A DNA stretch of 64,000 nucleotides from Nemertoderma westbladi (Eukaryota > Animalia > Xenacoelomorpha). This document shows positions 26,629 to 39,764 of this stretch, one piece after another. How positions within the stretch are numbered: the stretch's first letter is position 1; every line of letters begins with the position of its first letter. A program made the position numbers and the translations under genes. The notes beneath the pieces are model-generated. The model ran no database searches and had not been told where the DNA came from. It saw only the letters and a list, made by a program, of their open reading frames with translations. The stretch is from positions 10,511 through 74,510 of the forward strand of contig JAUCBJ010000550.1 of the NCBI GenBank assembly GCA_032718475.1. Direction: 5' to 3'.

Positions 26629-28326
26629 ATGGATAATGCTTGCTATTACTTACATGAGAATCAAAATATTGAAAGTATTGAAAATCCTAATGGTAATGAT
26701 TGTATAGTTACCGAACCACCAAACCTGGTATCGGACACCCCAAACACAACAGAAACACATGAGACAACCAATAATGACAAGGAGGGAAGAGACGTGATAT
26801 ATTTTAACCCATTAATCTGGATATACGCACTGTTGATGTTAACAATTGGAATATCTCTGACTGTGTCATCGGAAATACAAACGGAATTTCAATACCGCGT
26901 TGAAATTTACTCAATATGTGTTTATGGTGTTGGAATTGTAGCAGTACTTCTCCTCCTCAAAGTCTTATTTGACGAGAAGTCTGCACCGATAGACTACCAT
27001 AATGGGAGTATGTTTGTAAAGGGTGGAATATTTATTTTCTTTTTTGCCAGTTTTACTCAGGAATGTATTGACAGCGCAGTCTTCATGAAAATGCTACAGA
27101 AATGTGGAAAAGATGCCGCTTTTCCCTTTTATATAGCCGTTCGAGAGTTATTTATGGCTGTTCAGGTGATTTTCATAATCCTACATTCTCAAAAATGTCT
27201 CCAAAATAATAAAATGATTTCAAAACTTTGCTTGGCACATTGCATCATGACAAATCTGTTTCTATGGTTTCAAACTGGAATTGAGCAAACACAAACACCC
27301 ATAGATCTGAAGTGTAATTCAAACTCTAGCGCACCTGTAGAGGGTCTGCTGCATATTCTACAAGAGTTCACTAAACCTATAATTTCTCCTTGTCGTATTC
27401 AATATTGTCTCATGGCATCATCAATGTTGTTTTTCATGTTTAGGAATATTGGGATAAATCAGATGAGCTTCCATGGACACACACATTTAAGGAATTCCCT
27501 ATCATCAAGCTCTATCTATTCAAATGGAACTACCGTGACACCTAATGAACAATTGAACGGAGGCGCATTGTGGATAATCGCTGGAGTTCTTTCAGGGACT
27601 TTATGCACACTAACTACAATAAGTGTAATTATTATATCACAAGTATTGCAGGAAGGAGAAACCCCAGAGCTATTAGCAGCGTTAATTACTCACGGCTCAT
27701 TTCTAATTATCACCATGTTGATTATGAGTGTAAGCGCTGCAATAATTGGTTGGTCAATGCGATTTCGGCATAGTCTTCAGAATGAAACAGGAAAAATACA
27801 TGTGAATGCAGTCATACTCCAAGTATCCTTAGCTGGGATATATGTAGTTTATGGGTATGGCTTTTTTGTGGTTCTATACGACACGAAATTATACGAAATT
27901 CGTATAATTATGTTGATAAATTATATATTTTCCGTATTTCAAGCGACCGTTCAAACAATTGTTGTTTTGGACGCATTGCGTCGAAGTAGGAATGTTTCGA
28001 AAGAGGGTAAATGGAGCAAAGGATTGGTGATATTCTTATTGCTCGCGAATATTTCCGTTTGGATTGACAGACTATTCGAACTGGAGTTTAAATTCGATAC
28101 AAGTAGGGTTGAAGGGTTCCATAATGGGAGGCTTTGGTTGGTTATTCTTCACACGATGGGGCCTCTGGTTATACACTACCGGTTCCATTCCGCCGAATGT
28201 TTGTGGGACATTATCAACCACGCCTATTCATCGAACTCGGAAGAAAAGAGAGAAAGAGCGGTCACCTGGTTGACAAACCTCAACAGAAAATCGTCAAATC
28301 TTATCGGCACAGTCGTCAACCAGTAA
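26629..28326 (+). CDS. OTOP: Otopetrin-family proton channel, paralogue B (intronless, antisense in ITPR intron 13)
   Basis: 565-aa ORF colinear with paralogue A: HNGSMFVKGG, TNLFLWFQTGI, PCRIQYCL, QATVQ, KWSKGLV, ANISVWI, PLVIHYRFHS; AATAAA at 28406-28411. Confidence 0.9.
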   Translation: MDNACYYLHENQNIESIENPNGNDCIVTEPPNLVSDTPNTTETHETTNNDKEGRDVIYFNPLIWIYALLMLTIGISLTVSSEIQTEFQYRVEIYSICVYGVGIVAVLLLLKVLFDEKSAPIDYHNGSMFVKGGIFIFFFASFTQECIDSAVFMKMLQKCGKDAAFPFYIAVRELFMAVQVIFIILHSQKCLQNNKMISKLCLAHCIMTNLFLWFQTGIEQTQTPIDLKCNSNSSAPVEGLLHILQEFTKPIISPCRIQYCLMASSMLFFMFRNIGINQMSFHGHTHLRNSLSSSSIYSNGTTVTPNEQLNGGALWIIAGVLSGTLCTLTTISVIIISQVLQEGETPELLAALITHGSFLIITMLIMSVSAAIIGWSMRFRHSLQNETGKIHVNAVILQVSLAGIYVVYGYGFFVVLYDTKLYEIRIIMLINYIFSVFQATVQTIVVLDALRRSRNVSKEGKWSKGLVIFLLLANISVWIDRLFELEFKFDTSRVEGFHNGRLWLVILHTMGPLVIHYRFHSAECLWDIINHAYSSNSEEKRERAVTWLTNLNRKSSNLIGTVVNQ

Positions 28327-28837
28327 ACATCGGTGAAGGATTTAGTAATTTTATGAATCATTTCGAAGTATATAATTACTCTTGCCAGCACATCTCAATT
28401 GTTTAAATAAAATATTGCACTGTTTTTTTTCCATGAAATTTACATAGTGTCATTGATGCCATAAAAGTGAACGTTGAAAATTTCCATTATCATTGAACCT
28501 CTGCGCTCTGCTACCAGTTCCTATGTATCTCTAACTCTAAGTATGTCCACCACCTTAGTGATGTTTAGTACAGAATCAGTGCAAATTATTTTAGTAATCT
28601 TATGGATTTATCAGAATTGAATTTGGTACGTGTTATTCAAAATTACACGCTAATAGTGCCTACCACAAGTAAAATATCAGTAGGAATAAATAAAACAGTG
28701 ATAGAGCTACAGTTCTGCGCGCCAGCTCTTTAATTTATAACGAGATAACGAGAATACGGTAGTAGAAAATATTTGTGCACAAAAAGTGAGCATCAGAAAC
28801 TGAATGCTGAAAAAGCTAGATCACCAATAGACCAAGC

Positions 28838-29086
28838 AGCAATTTGGTCTAGTGGTGATATTCCTGGGCTTCCAATCAAGAGACCCTGGTTCGATCCCTA
28901 GATGGGGCAGCACTGTTTGGGCACAGCGATTTAAATTGATGCAGACAGGCCCCCAGCCCTAGCTTTCATCCTTCACTGGTCATCGATAAATAGGAAGCAA
29001 GGCAACTTGGGAAACAGAGTGGGAGGGTTTACTGGTGGTGAACAGGCATTCCTTGGCTTAAATGAGCCTAAAAGATTCTTCTATTC
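28838..29086 (+). mobile_element. tRNA-derived SINE (family 1)
   Basis: A box TGGTCTAGTGG, B box GGTTCGATCCC; diverged copies at 60688-60965 and 42085-42230 (both minus strand). Confidence 0.75.
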
Positions 29087-29281
29087 ATACTGAAAAGCAG
29101 TAGTAAAAGTAGAACTGGGTTATTACCATATCATGCAAGGCTATATTGATAGGATAACTCAGTTGAGTCGTCTTACATTTACTGGCTGGCTGCTAGTACT
29201 TCCTTGCAGTAGCCGCAATAGCATAATTATCAATGCGATGTTACCCACTCATGCGATAATCACGCAAGTAGATTTATTTAC

Positions 29282-29421
29282 CTGTAATATTGCATAAGTT
29301 TAACATCCTGGGTTTCTTTACTTTGCGCTACGTCGCGTAAAGCTTTTATCTGGGTACCGTTGTCCCACATCAGAACAACACAATCTTCGTCGTGCTCACC
29401 TGTAAATGTATCCAGTATCAT
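29282..29421 (-). CDS. ITPR: ITPR exon 13
   Basis: MILDTFTGEHDEDCVVLMWDNG...VKLMQYYR; cag acceptor, gtaaat donor. Confidence 0.85.
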
Positions 29422-29496
29422 CTGCAAACAGAAAATAAAAAAATTAGAGCAAAATTTATAGATCTAAATTGTATTATGATGGAAAATATATTTATA

Positions 29497-29765
29497 ACAT
29501 TGGAGGTGTCTCATTGGTTCCCCCAAGCTTGACACTAGAACAAAGAAGCCTCCGCTTTGCAGGACATTGTTTTCGCCGTGAGGACCAGCCAGTGCATAAT
29601 CTTGTACTTTGGCGGCCTCATGGAGTGAATAAGCGTGGTGGACAGCCCATGACTTTCGTGAGACGCATCTTAAAGGACACTGGCCTTGAAGATGCGGATG
29701 ATCTAGCAAATGTCATGGGTGATAGGGAGTTGTGGCGGTGCAACTTTGTTGATAAGCCGGCATAG
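29497..29765 (+). mobile_element. 5'-truncated LINE 3' end (same RTE-like family)
   Basis: LRFAGHCFRR...LVLWRP...RGG...LKDTGL...DRELWR; related copy at ~45480-45655 (minus strand). Confidence 0.75.
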
Positions 29766-30019
29766 CATTGTTAATGCACGCTGCATTGGGCTTGGCAATT
29801 GTGGATTGCATGGTGGTGAAAAAATGTTTTTGTTAAGCCGGCATAGCATCTCAATGTGAGATTCAATGCAGCAGGTTGATTACAGTAGTAGTGTGATGGT
29901 AATACTGGACGTAAAGACGCGGTAATGACGCTAGACCTAACAATTTTGGACCTAATAAACACGTAATTGTATCAAATTGATAACATTGTAATCGGATCGC
30001 ATACCTCATCGTTCTGTAC

Positions 30020-30140
30020 CTTCATCTCAATGAGAATATCCGAGTTGGCGGGGTTGAGAATCGCCTTGCATATGAGTTCCTGGGTAACTGGAATCGCTCG
30101 GTTGTTACTAACACAAAGATCACTAAGATATTCCAAGAAC
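30020..30140 (-). CDS. ITPR: ITPR exon 12 (alternative in-frame donor gives end 30005)
   Basis: [41 protein letters not shown]; two phase-0 donors 15 nt apart. Confidence 0.88.
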
Positions 30141-30441
30141 CTAAAACCGATTCAATCAAATCATTTAATTACTTAGAAGTGAACGACTATTAAATAAACG
30201 CGATAAAGACGATACTAATATTAGTTCTAGTGGGAAAAATATAGGGTTTGATGAAAGAGAAACAGGCAATTTTTTTAATCAATAAGTTATGTGAAGCAAC
30301 ACCTCAAACTTACACTAAATTTATAAATTCTGTAAATTTTTGGGCATATTAGTCTGCATAAAATATTCCCAGTTATGAAGGACATGCCACAAAGAGTTTA
30401 ACACTATTTTACAAAAAAATTAAAAATTTAATTCTACTCAC

Positions 30442-30574
30442 CTGTAATCTTTGCTATTTTTCCTGACTAAACTAACGAATGTGTCGATCTCTGCGCTGCT
30501 GATGTGTTTCTCTAACAACTTCCTGTTGTTTTGAAGCAACGCTGTAATTGTATCTTCGGCCAGAATGTCATAAC
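30442..30574 (-). CDS. ITPR: ITPR exon 11
   Basis: [39 protein letters not shown]; donor gtgagt. Confidence 0.93.
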
Positions 30575-31311
30575 CTAAATATTCGAGATCGAAAATGTAG
30601 GAGAATTTGATCGGCATTTACAAAACATAAATGTGGTTTCCCGATACTAGGCCAGTTTATATATCAAATTTTCGGATTTGAAACGGTGGTTCTGAGCAAT
30701 CAATAATTAATTAAAGGTGTATTTTCTAAAAATATTACAAATAAAAAAATTTGAATGAATGATATGACTTTTGGTCAACTGTAAAAATTATTTGAAACTC
30801 GTAATGGTTTCCCACTGGAAAAACATATGTTTGTTGTTTTACAATTCATAAACAACAAGGTTTACCACTTTGAACACTACCAATCATCGAGAGAGGTAGG
30901 TTGTAAGGTACATTGTCGGGACGAGCGCAACGAGGAGGCGGAAATAATTCTTTGTGAGTAATTTACATATAACTGAAGTATAAACTCATTCCCAATTCAA
31001 ATCCGAAATTTAATATAAATTGGCATTCTGTAAGTGGTCACCAAGAATACAATAGGCCTAACCATTACATACATAACAAGCTGATATAATAATAATTATT
31101 ACTATTATATTAATAAATATGTTAGATATATCTATTAATATATATTTATCATGATAATGAATTGATTAATCTTTTATCAAACTTTGTGCGTAACCCCTGG
31201 CTTAACGGTCGAAGAAAACTTTACTTTAATACTTTATTCATAACAAAGTGAAATATATTACACTTTATTTTTGGTACCGGTCTGATAAATTTTTGAGAAA
31301 CTGACACTTAC

Positions 31312-31435
31312 CAATTTGATTTTGCATAAATCCAAAATATTTTCCAATGTATTCTTGATTCTTTCTATAATCTTGTTGAGATAATCGAAGAATGCGGTAA
31401 CACAACTGGCACATATGTTTAATAGCTGAATGTCT
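31312..31435 (-). CDS. ITPR: ITPR exon 10
   Basis: [42 protein letters not shown]; donor gtaagt. Confidence 0.93.
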
Positions 31436-31717
31436 CTAATAATAAAAACGAAGAACGATAATTAATTAAATAAATCTTCATTTCATTTATTAATTAAGAA
31501 ATGTTATATCACTTTTAGTCACAGAATAATATTAAATTAATTTATATTAAAGCTTACGGGATATGTTCTTACATTTGGGGAATTTTCTGAGCTGCAGGTT
31601 GCGGCGCCGTGATTCATGATTCTTAGAATGTAATAATAATTAGAATACTACTACTGCTATTGGCGTGCTGCATTGCTGCTGCATTATATATATATATTAC
31701 ATATATATGAAGAATGC

Positions 31718-32720
31718 TCTGCCGGATTGTCGACAAAATTGCGCAGCCACAACTCCCTATCACCCATGACATTTGCTTGGTCATCCGCATCTTCAAGGTC
31801 AGTGTCCTTTAAGATGGGTCTCCATCACTGGAGCTTATGCCATTACGATCACAGATTTCTTGAGGGCTGTCAAGGTTCACTGTCATAATTTTGGTCTTCT
31901 TGGAATTTACAAAAAAACCAACACTAGAAGCAACCTGCCCCAATGAGTAGATAAGACGTTGGGCTAGTGATTCTGACAATACCCCTAACTAAGTCATCAG
32001 CAATCAGCATCACCCCATCTTTAAAGATGGTCTAAGGACATGCGTAGAACAAAATCAACCAGAATTATGAATAATAATGGTGCAAGTGTGTCACCCAGAA
32101 GGCTCCCCATAAGACTTCGAATAAAACTGCATCACCATCAGCAGTAGACACAAATGTTGTCGAACCATCGTGCAGTGATCTGATAGCTGCAATAATTTCA
32201 TCAGGAATCCCATATGCTACCAGAATGCTGAACATACGTGGTCGGAAGACTGAGTCGAAGGCTTTATAGACGTCAACAAAGATAATAACCAGTTGTCAGT
32301 CTTTCTTTGTTGAGAACTGTTCGATTATTATTATAAGCGCCAGAATAGGCTCCATGGTCCCACGACCTTTACGGAACCCATTTTGGTTCACACGTAACAG
32401 TCTCTCAACAGGATCCCTGATGCGATTTAATATAATTCTATTGGATAGCTTTGCAGCATTCGAGAGTAACGAGATTCTACGAAATGATCCACGGGTTGTT
32501 AGGTTGCCCTTCTTTGGGGCTGGGACAAAATTATTTGTTTTCAGTTCTTTACGGACGCTCTTTGTTCTATACATGTCCACAATAATGGGGTGAATGCGCG
32601 TTTAAAGACCTCAGGGGGCACGCCATCTACTCCACTGGCACGATTGACGATTGCACTGGCACTTGAAATTCCTTGCTGCATTCTTGATTTCAGCAAAGGA
32701 GAAGTTACCAATAAATGGGG
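31718..32720 (-). mobile_element. Decayed non-LTR retrotransposon (RTE-like LINE) reverse-transcriptase fragment
   Basis: PKKGNL..FRRISLLSNAAKLSNRIILNRIR..QNGFRKGRGT; frameshifts, stops and deletions; its 3' end matches 29680-29761. Confidence 0.85.
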
Positions 32721-33375
32721 ATATCGGTGAGCCTGAGCACATAATAAGGATAGATTCGTTTCAGGTTCAAAATTCAGTAATTATTGTTTATGTAACTGAT
32801 ATATTTACTGCAAAGATCTGATCTTTTGGTGCTGCTTGTTATCCGAACAGTAAGTCCTGACATACCCGGCGTACACATAAATTATATCTTTGTTACACTA
32901 CGTAGCACATAATTGTGAATATAAGTTTGATATCCTGGGGGGCCACCTTTACTTCTATATCATAGGGGTTAAATAAACAGACAATGTGCTGGATCCCAAA
33001 ACTGTATTATTCAAGACGAATGTGCCCCTAAGTATTTAAAAAAATAAATGTATAATATAAGAATTACTCTCATGTTTTATAGTTTCGATTAGATGAAATA
33101 TATGAGCACTGTTATATAAGAACGCATTATATTATTAGATATAAATACAATCTAAAGTAAAGTCTTATTCAGAGTTCATAGAGTCGAAAAACAAATGCAA
33201 TTTAAGTTTAAAAATTAAACCCATGGATTGCCAGCCAATAAAATAATGGGATTTTTTAGTCGCAAAGCCACATCTACATATTATAATGGAAACGAAATTG
33301 CAAGATTTAATAAATTAGCACAAACAATCCCTTAATGTAAGGGATTGTTAATCCCTGTTCGAGTCCCTCTACGTA

Positions 33376-34050
33376 TTTGACAATCATTGTCATATGGGTG
33401 ATAATCATTGACACATATGAGATAATCATTGTAACAGAAGTAACAACCATTGACACATATGTGATAATCATTGTCACAGAAGTAACAACCATTGACACAT
33501 ATGTGATAATCATTGTCACAGAAGTAACAACCATTGACACATATGTGATAATCATTGTCACAGAAGTAACAACCATTGACACATATGTGATAATCATTGT
33601 CACAGAAGTAACAACCATTGACACATATGTGATAATCATTGTCACAGAAGTAACAACCATTGACACATATGTGATAATCATTATCACATGTTTGACAATC
33701 ATTGTCACATGGGTGATAATAATTGTCACAGAAGTAACAATCATTGTCATATGGGTGGTAACCATTAACACATATGTGATAATCATTGTCACATTTTTGA
33801 CAATCATTGTCACATGGGTGATAATAATTGTCACATGTTTGACAATCATTGTCACAAGGGTGATAATAATTGTCACAGAAGTAACAATCATTGTCATATG
33901 GGTGATAACCATTGACACATATGTGATAATCATTGTCACATTTTTGACAATCATTGTCACAAGGGTGATATATACAGTTGTCATTTCATTGGGGTAACTC
34001 ATTGTCATATGCTGATAACCATTGACACATCTGATCAATCATTGTCACAT
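33376..34050. repeat. 21/42-bp minisatellite
   Basis: GTGATAATCATTGTCACAGAAGTAACAACCATTGACACATAT, built from 21-bp quasi-palindromic subunits. Confidence 0.93.
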
Positions 34051-34489
34051 AATATTTCACAAACTATTACTCAACATGTACGGTGATAATAATTGTCACA
34101 GAAGTAACTGACTCAATCACTTGATCAATCATCTGATCCAATAACTTAGTCCAAATAATCTGACTCCAAAGTACATCTATCAATTATCTATCCAGAATAA
34201 CCTAGTGCAAATACTTGATCCAAACTATCACATCAATCTGTCTACTGGGAAATAACTCTTCACAACATATCTGATCAATCATTGTCACATTATTATCAAT
34301 CTGTCACATGCATAACTACATCTGTCACAGAACTAATCTGATCCAAACTACTGTACGGGTGATAATAATTGTCACAGAAGTAACTCCAATCATTGTCTAC
34401 TGGGCGATAACTACTCTACTCCAAACTACTCTGACTCCAAATACTCTGTCACAGAACTACTCTACTCCATTGCTCTACTGCGAGATCAC

Positions 34490-37400
34490 TCTTGCAATCT
34501 CTCTACTCCAATCTACTCTACTCCAATCTACTCTACTCCAATCTACTCTACTCCAATTACTCTACTCGAATTACTCTACTCCACTACTCTACTCCAATCT
34601 ACTCTACTCCAAACTACTCTACTCCAATCTACTCTACTCCAATCTACTCTACTCCAATCTACTCTACTCCAATCTACTCTACTCCAATCTACTCTACTCC
34701 AATCTACTCTACTCCAATCTACTCTACTCCAATCTACTCTACTCCAATCTACTCTACTCCAATCTACTCTACTCCAATCTACTCTACTCCAAACTACTCT
34801 ACTCCAAACTACTCTACTCCAAACTACTCTACTCCAAACTACTCTACTCCAAACTACTCTACTCCAAACTACTCTACTCCAAACTACTCTACTCCAAACT
34901 ACTCTACTCCAATCTACTCTACTCCAATCTACTCTACTCCAATCTACTCTACTCCAAACTACTCTACTCCAATCTACTCTACTCCAATCTACTCTACTCC
35001 AAACTACTCTACTCCAAACTACTCTACTCCAAACTACTCTACTCCAATCTACTCTACTCCAATCTACTCTACTCCAATATACTCTACTCCAATATACTCT
35101 ACTCCAAACTACTCTACTCCAATCTACTCTACTCCAATCTACTCTACTCCAATCTACTCTACTCCAATATACTCTACTCCAATATACTCTACTCCAAACT
35201 ACTCTACTCCAATCTACTCTACTCCAATCTACTCTACTCCAATCTACTCTACTCCAATATACTCTACTCCAATATACTCTACTCCAATATACTCTACTCC
35301 AAACTACTCTACTCCAATCTACTCTACTCCAATCTACTCTACTCCAATCTACTCTACTCCAATATACTCTACTCCAATATACTCTACTCCAAACTACTCT
35401 ACTCCAATCTACTCTACTCCAATCTACTCTACTCCAATCTACTCTACTCCAATATACTCTACTCCAATATACTCTACTCCAAACTACTCTACTCCAATCT
35501 ACTCTACTGCAATCTACTCTACTCCAATCTACTCTACTCCAATATACTCTACTCCAATATACTCTACTCCAAACTACTCTACTCCAATCTACTCTACTCC
35601 AATCTACTCTACTCCAATATACTCTACTCCAATATACTCTACTCCAAACTACTCTACTCCAATCTACTCTACTCCAATCTACTCTACTCCAATATACTCT
35701 ACTCCAATATACTCTACTCCAAACTACTCTACTCCAATCTACTCTACTCCAATCTACTCTACTCCAATCTACTCTACTCCAATATACTCTACTCCAATAT
35801 ACTCTACTCCAAACTACTCTACTCCAATCTACTCTACTCCAATCTACTCTACTCCAATATACTCTACTCCAATATACTCTACTCCAAACTACTCTACTCC
35901 AATCTACTCTACTCCAATCTACTCTACTCCAATCTACTCTACTCCAATCTACTCTACTCCAATCTACTCTACTCCAAACTACTCTACTCCAATCTACTCT
36001 ACTCCAATCTACTCTACTCCAATCTACTCTACTCCAATATACTCTACTCCAATATACTCTACTCCAAACTACTCTACTCCAATCTACTCTACTCCAATCT
36101 ACTCTACTCCAATCTACTCTACTCCAATATACTCTACTCCAATATACTCTACTCCAAACTACTCTACTCCAAACTACTCTACTCCAAACTACTCTACTCC
36201 AAACTACTCTACTCCAAACTACTCTACTCCAATCTACTCTACTCCAATCTACTCTACTCCAATCTACTCTACTCCAATCTACTCTACTCCAATCTACTCT
36301 ACTCCAATCTACTCTACTCCAATCTACTCTACTCCAAACTACTCTACTCCAATCTACTCTACTCCAATCTACTCTACTCCAATCTACTCTACTCCAATCT
36401 ACTCTACTCCAATCTACTCTACTCCAAACTACTCTACTCCAAACTACTCTACTCCAAACTACTCTACTCCAATCTACTCTACTCCAATCTACTCTACTCC
36501 AATCTACTCTACTCCAAACTACTCTACTCCAATCTACTCTACTCCAAACTACTCTACTCCAATCTACTCTACTCCAAACTACTCTACTCCAATCTACTCT
36601 ACTCCAATCTACTCTACTCCAATATACTCTACTCCAATATACTCTACTCCAAACTACTCTACTCCAAACTACTCTACTCCAAACTACTCTACTCCAAACT
36701 ACTCTACTCCAATCTACTCTACTCCAAACTACTCTACTCCAAACTACTCTACTCCAAACTACTCTACTCCAAACTACTCTACTCCAAACTACTCTACTCC
36801 AAACTACTCTACTCCAAACTACTCTACTCCAAACTACTCTACTCCAAACTACTCTACTCCAAACTACTCTACTCCAATCTACTCTACTCCAATCTACTCT
36901 ACTCCAATCTACTCTACTCCAAACTACTCTACTCCAATCTACTCTACTCCAATCTACTCTACTCCAATATACTCTACTCCAATATACTCTACTCCAAACT
37001 ACTCTACTCCAAACTACTCTACTCCAAACTACTCTACTCCAAACTACTCTACTCCAATCTACTCTACTCCAAACTACTCTACTCCAAACTACTCTACTCC
37101 AATCTACTCTACTCCAATCTACTCTACTCCAATCTACTCTACTCCAATATACTCTACTCCAAACTACTCTACTCCAAACTACTCTACTCCAAACTACTCT
37201 ACTCCAATCTACTCTACTCCAATCTACTCTACTCCAATCTACTCTACTCCAAACTACTCTACTCCAAACTACTCTACTCCAATCTACTCTACTCCAATCT
37301 ACTCTACTCCAATCTACTCTACTCCAAACTACTCTACTCCAAACTACTCTACTCCAATCTACTCTACTCCAATCTACTCTACTCCAATCTACTCTACTCC

Positions 37401-38945
37401 AAACTACTCTACTCCAAACTACTCTACTCCAATCTACTCTACTCCAATCTACTCTACTCCAATATACTCTACTCCAATATACTCTACTCCAAACTACTCT
37501 ACTCCAAACTACTCTACTCCAAACTACTCTACTCCAATCTACTCTACTCCAATCTACTCTACTCCAAACTACTCTACTCCAAACTACTCTACTCCAATCT
37601 ACTCTACTCCAAACTACTCTACTCCAAACTACTCTACTCCAAACTACTCTACTCCAATATACTCTACTCCAATCTACTCTACTCCAATATACTCTACTCC
37701 AAACTACTCTACTCCAAACTACTCTACTCCAAACTACTCTACTCCAAACTACTCTACTCCAAACTACTCTACTCCAAACTACTCTACTCCAAACTACTCT
37801 ACTCCAAACTACTCTACTCCAATCTACTCTACTCCAATCTACTCTACTCCAATCTACTCTACTCCAAACTACTCTACTCCAAACTACTCTACTCCAAACT
37901 ACTCTACTCCAAACTACTCTACTCCAAACTACTCTACTCCAAACTACTCTACTCCAAACTACTCTACTCCAATCTACTCTACTCCAAACTACTCTACTCC
38001 AAACTACTCTACTCCAATCTACTCTACTCCAATCTACTCTACTCCAATCTACTCTACTCCAAACTACTCTACTCCAATCTACTCTACTCCAATCTACTCT
38101 ACTCCAATCTACTCTACTCCAAACTACTCTACTCCAAACTACTCTACTCCAAACTACTCTACTCCAAACTACTCTACTCCAAACTACTCTACTCCTAACT
38201 ACTCTACTCCAAACTACTCTACTCCAAACTACTCTACTCCAAACTACTCTACTCCAAACTACTCTACTCCAAACTACTCTACTCCAATCTACTCTACTCC
38301 AAACTACTCTACTCCAAACTACTCTACTCCAATCTACTCTACTCCAATCTACTCTACTCCAAACTACTCTACTCCAAACTACTCTACTCCAATCTACTCT
38401 ACTCCAATCTACTCTACTCCAATCTACTCTACTCCAAACTACTCTACTCCAATCTACTCTACTCCAAACTACTCTACTCCAAACTACTCTACTCCAAACT
38501 ACTCTACTCCAATCTACTCTACTCCAATCTACTCTACTCCAAACTACTCTACTCCAAACTACTCTACTCCAATCTACTCTACTCCAATCTACTCTACTCC
38601 AAACTACTCTACTCCAAACTACTCTACTCCAATCTACTCTACTCCAATCTACTCTACTCCAATCTACTCTACTCCAAACTACTCTACTCCAAACTACTCT
38701 ACTCCAAACTACTCTACTCCAAACTACTCTACTCCAAACTACTCTACTCCAAACTACTCTACTCCAAACTACTCTACTCCAAACTACTCTACTCCAATCT
38801 ACTCTACTCCAATCTACTCTACTCCAATATACTCTACTCCAAACTACTCTACTCCAAACTACTCTACTCCAAACTACTCTACTCCAAACTACTCTACTCC
38901 AAACTACTCTACTCCAAACTACTCTACTCCAATCTACTATTCTCC
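34490..38945. repeat. 15-bp satellite (~295 copies), ACTCTACTCCAA(T/A)CT
   Basis: Near-perfect array with three unit variants (AATCT, AAACT, AATAT); almost no G on the + strand. Confidence 0.98.
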
Positions 38946-39289
38946 AATCTTAATTGTTTCTATTTTGAACAACTTTTATTATAGGATAGGATCTAGAGAT
39001 CTACTGATTTTAGATATTATTCATGTTTAAGCACTTCCGATTCCCACCATGGTGACAACGCTTGCCATCAGGGTGACAATGATTGTAGAAAAAGGTGGTA
39101 ATATTGGCGGCAATCAGACAAATCAGTTGAATATATTAGTTTATTTAAATCCGCATTAAATAGGGAAACTTCTTAAATAATTCCATTTTCACTTCTATTT
39201 TTCAGAAGTGAAATTATAAAAACGTCATATTATAGCAAGAGCATAATAAATATATAAGAAAGAAATGCTAATATCTACGTATCAAAGTA

Positions 39290-39764
39290 TTAAACCATAG
39301 TATTGAATTCAACGAAGCTATCATCTGAGTTTATCGAAATCCCTCTGTCGAGACGTCCGTAGGCCTCGGCCAGCACGAGGTTGTCGTCATTGTCGTCGAG
39401 AGCCTCGTCGTCTGTTAGCCTGATGTCGTTGGCGCTATCGGCGAGGTCATCCCGACTTCCGAACCGACATGGGATGGTCGTGGCGTTGGTTCCGGCCCGG
39501 TCCGGGAGCACTGGGTACAGGATCGGGGAGTCCGAGGAGAACGGGAAGGCGGAGGTGTACTGGAACCCGTACGGACGGCGAACGAACACCTTGGGGTAGA
39601 GAGAGGCCAGCGTCGGGTTCGGGATATAAGGATCCGTGGTTAATTCATCAACAGTATACTCCTGGATCTCTTCGATAAGGGATATAATGTCTCTAACTAA
39701 GTCGTTAGCGATAAGATAGAGGCAAGGGGAACCTCCATTCATAACGTGTGCACAAGCGACGAAA
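39290..39764 (-). CDS. MTMR10: MTMR10/11/12-type gene, coding exon 2
   Basis: tttcag|T completes WSECYLR-FVACAHVMNGG (3-PAP-domain-like WxxCYLR..GG) in frame with the supplied 150-aa ORF; AATAAA on the minus strand at 38975-38980. Confidence 0.85.

Noticed and set aside
28838-28915. tRNA gene
   Set aside because: A and B boxes are present but there is no proper cloverleaf, and it continues into a dispersed repeat body, so it is a SINE head.
33307-34038. Hydrophobic 243-aa and 206-aa ORFs
   Set aside because: Translations of the 21/42-bp minisatellite.
34308-39030. 1296-aa and 1512-aa ORFs (YSNLL / YSTPI repeats)
   Set aside because: Translations of a stop-free 15-bp satellite with no unique domain; not credible genes.
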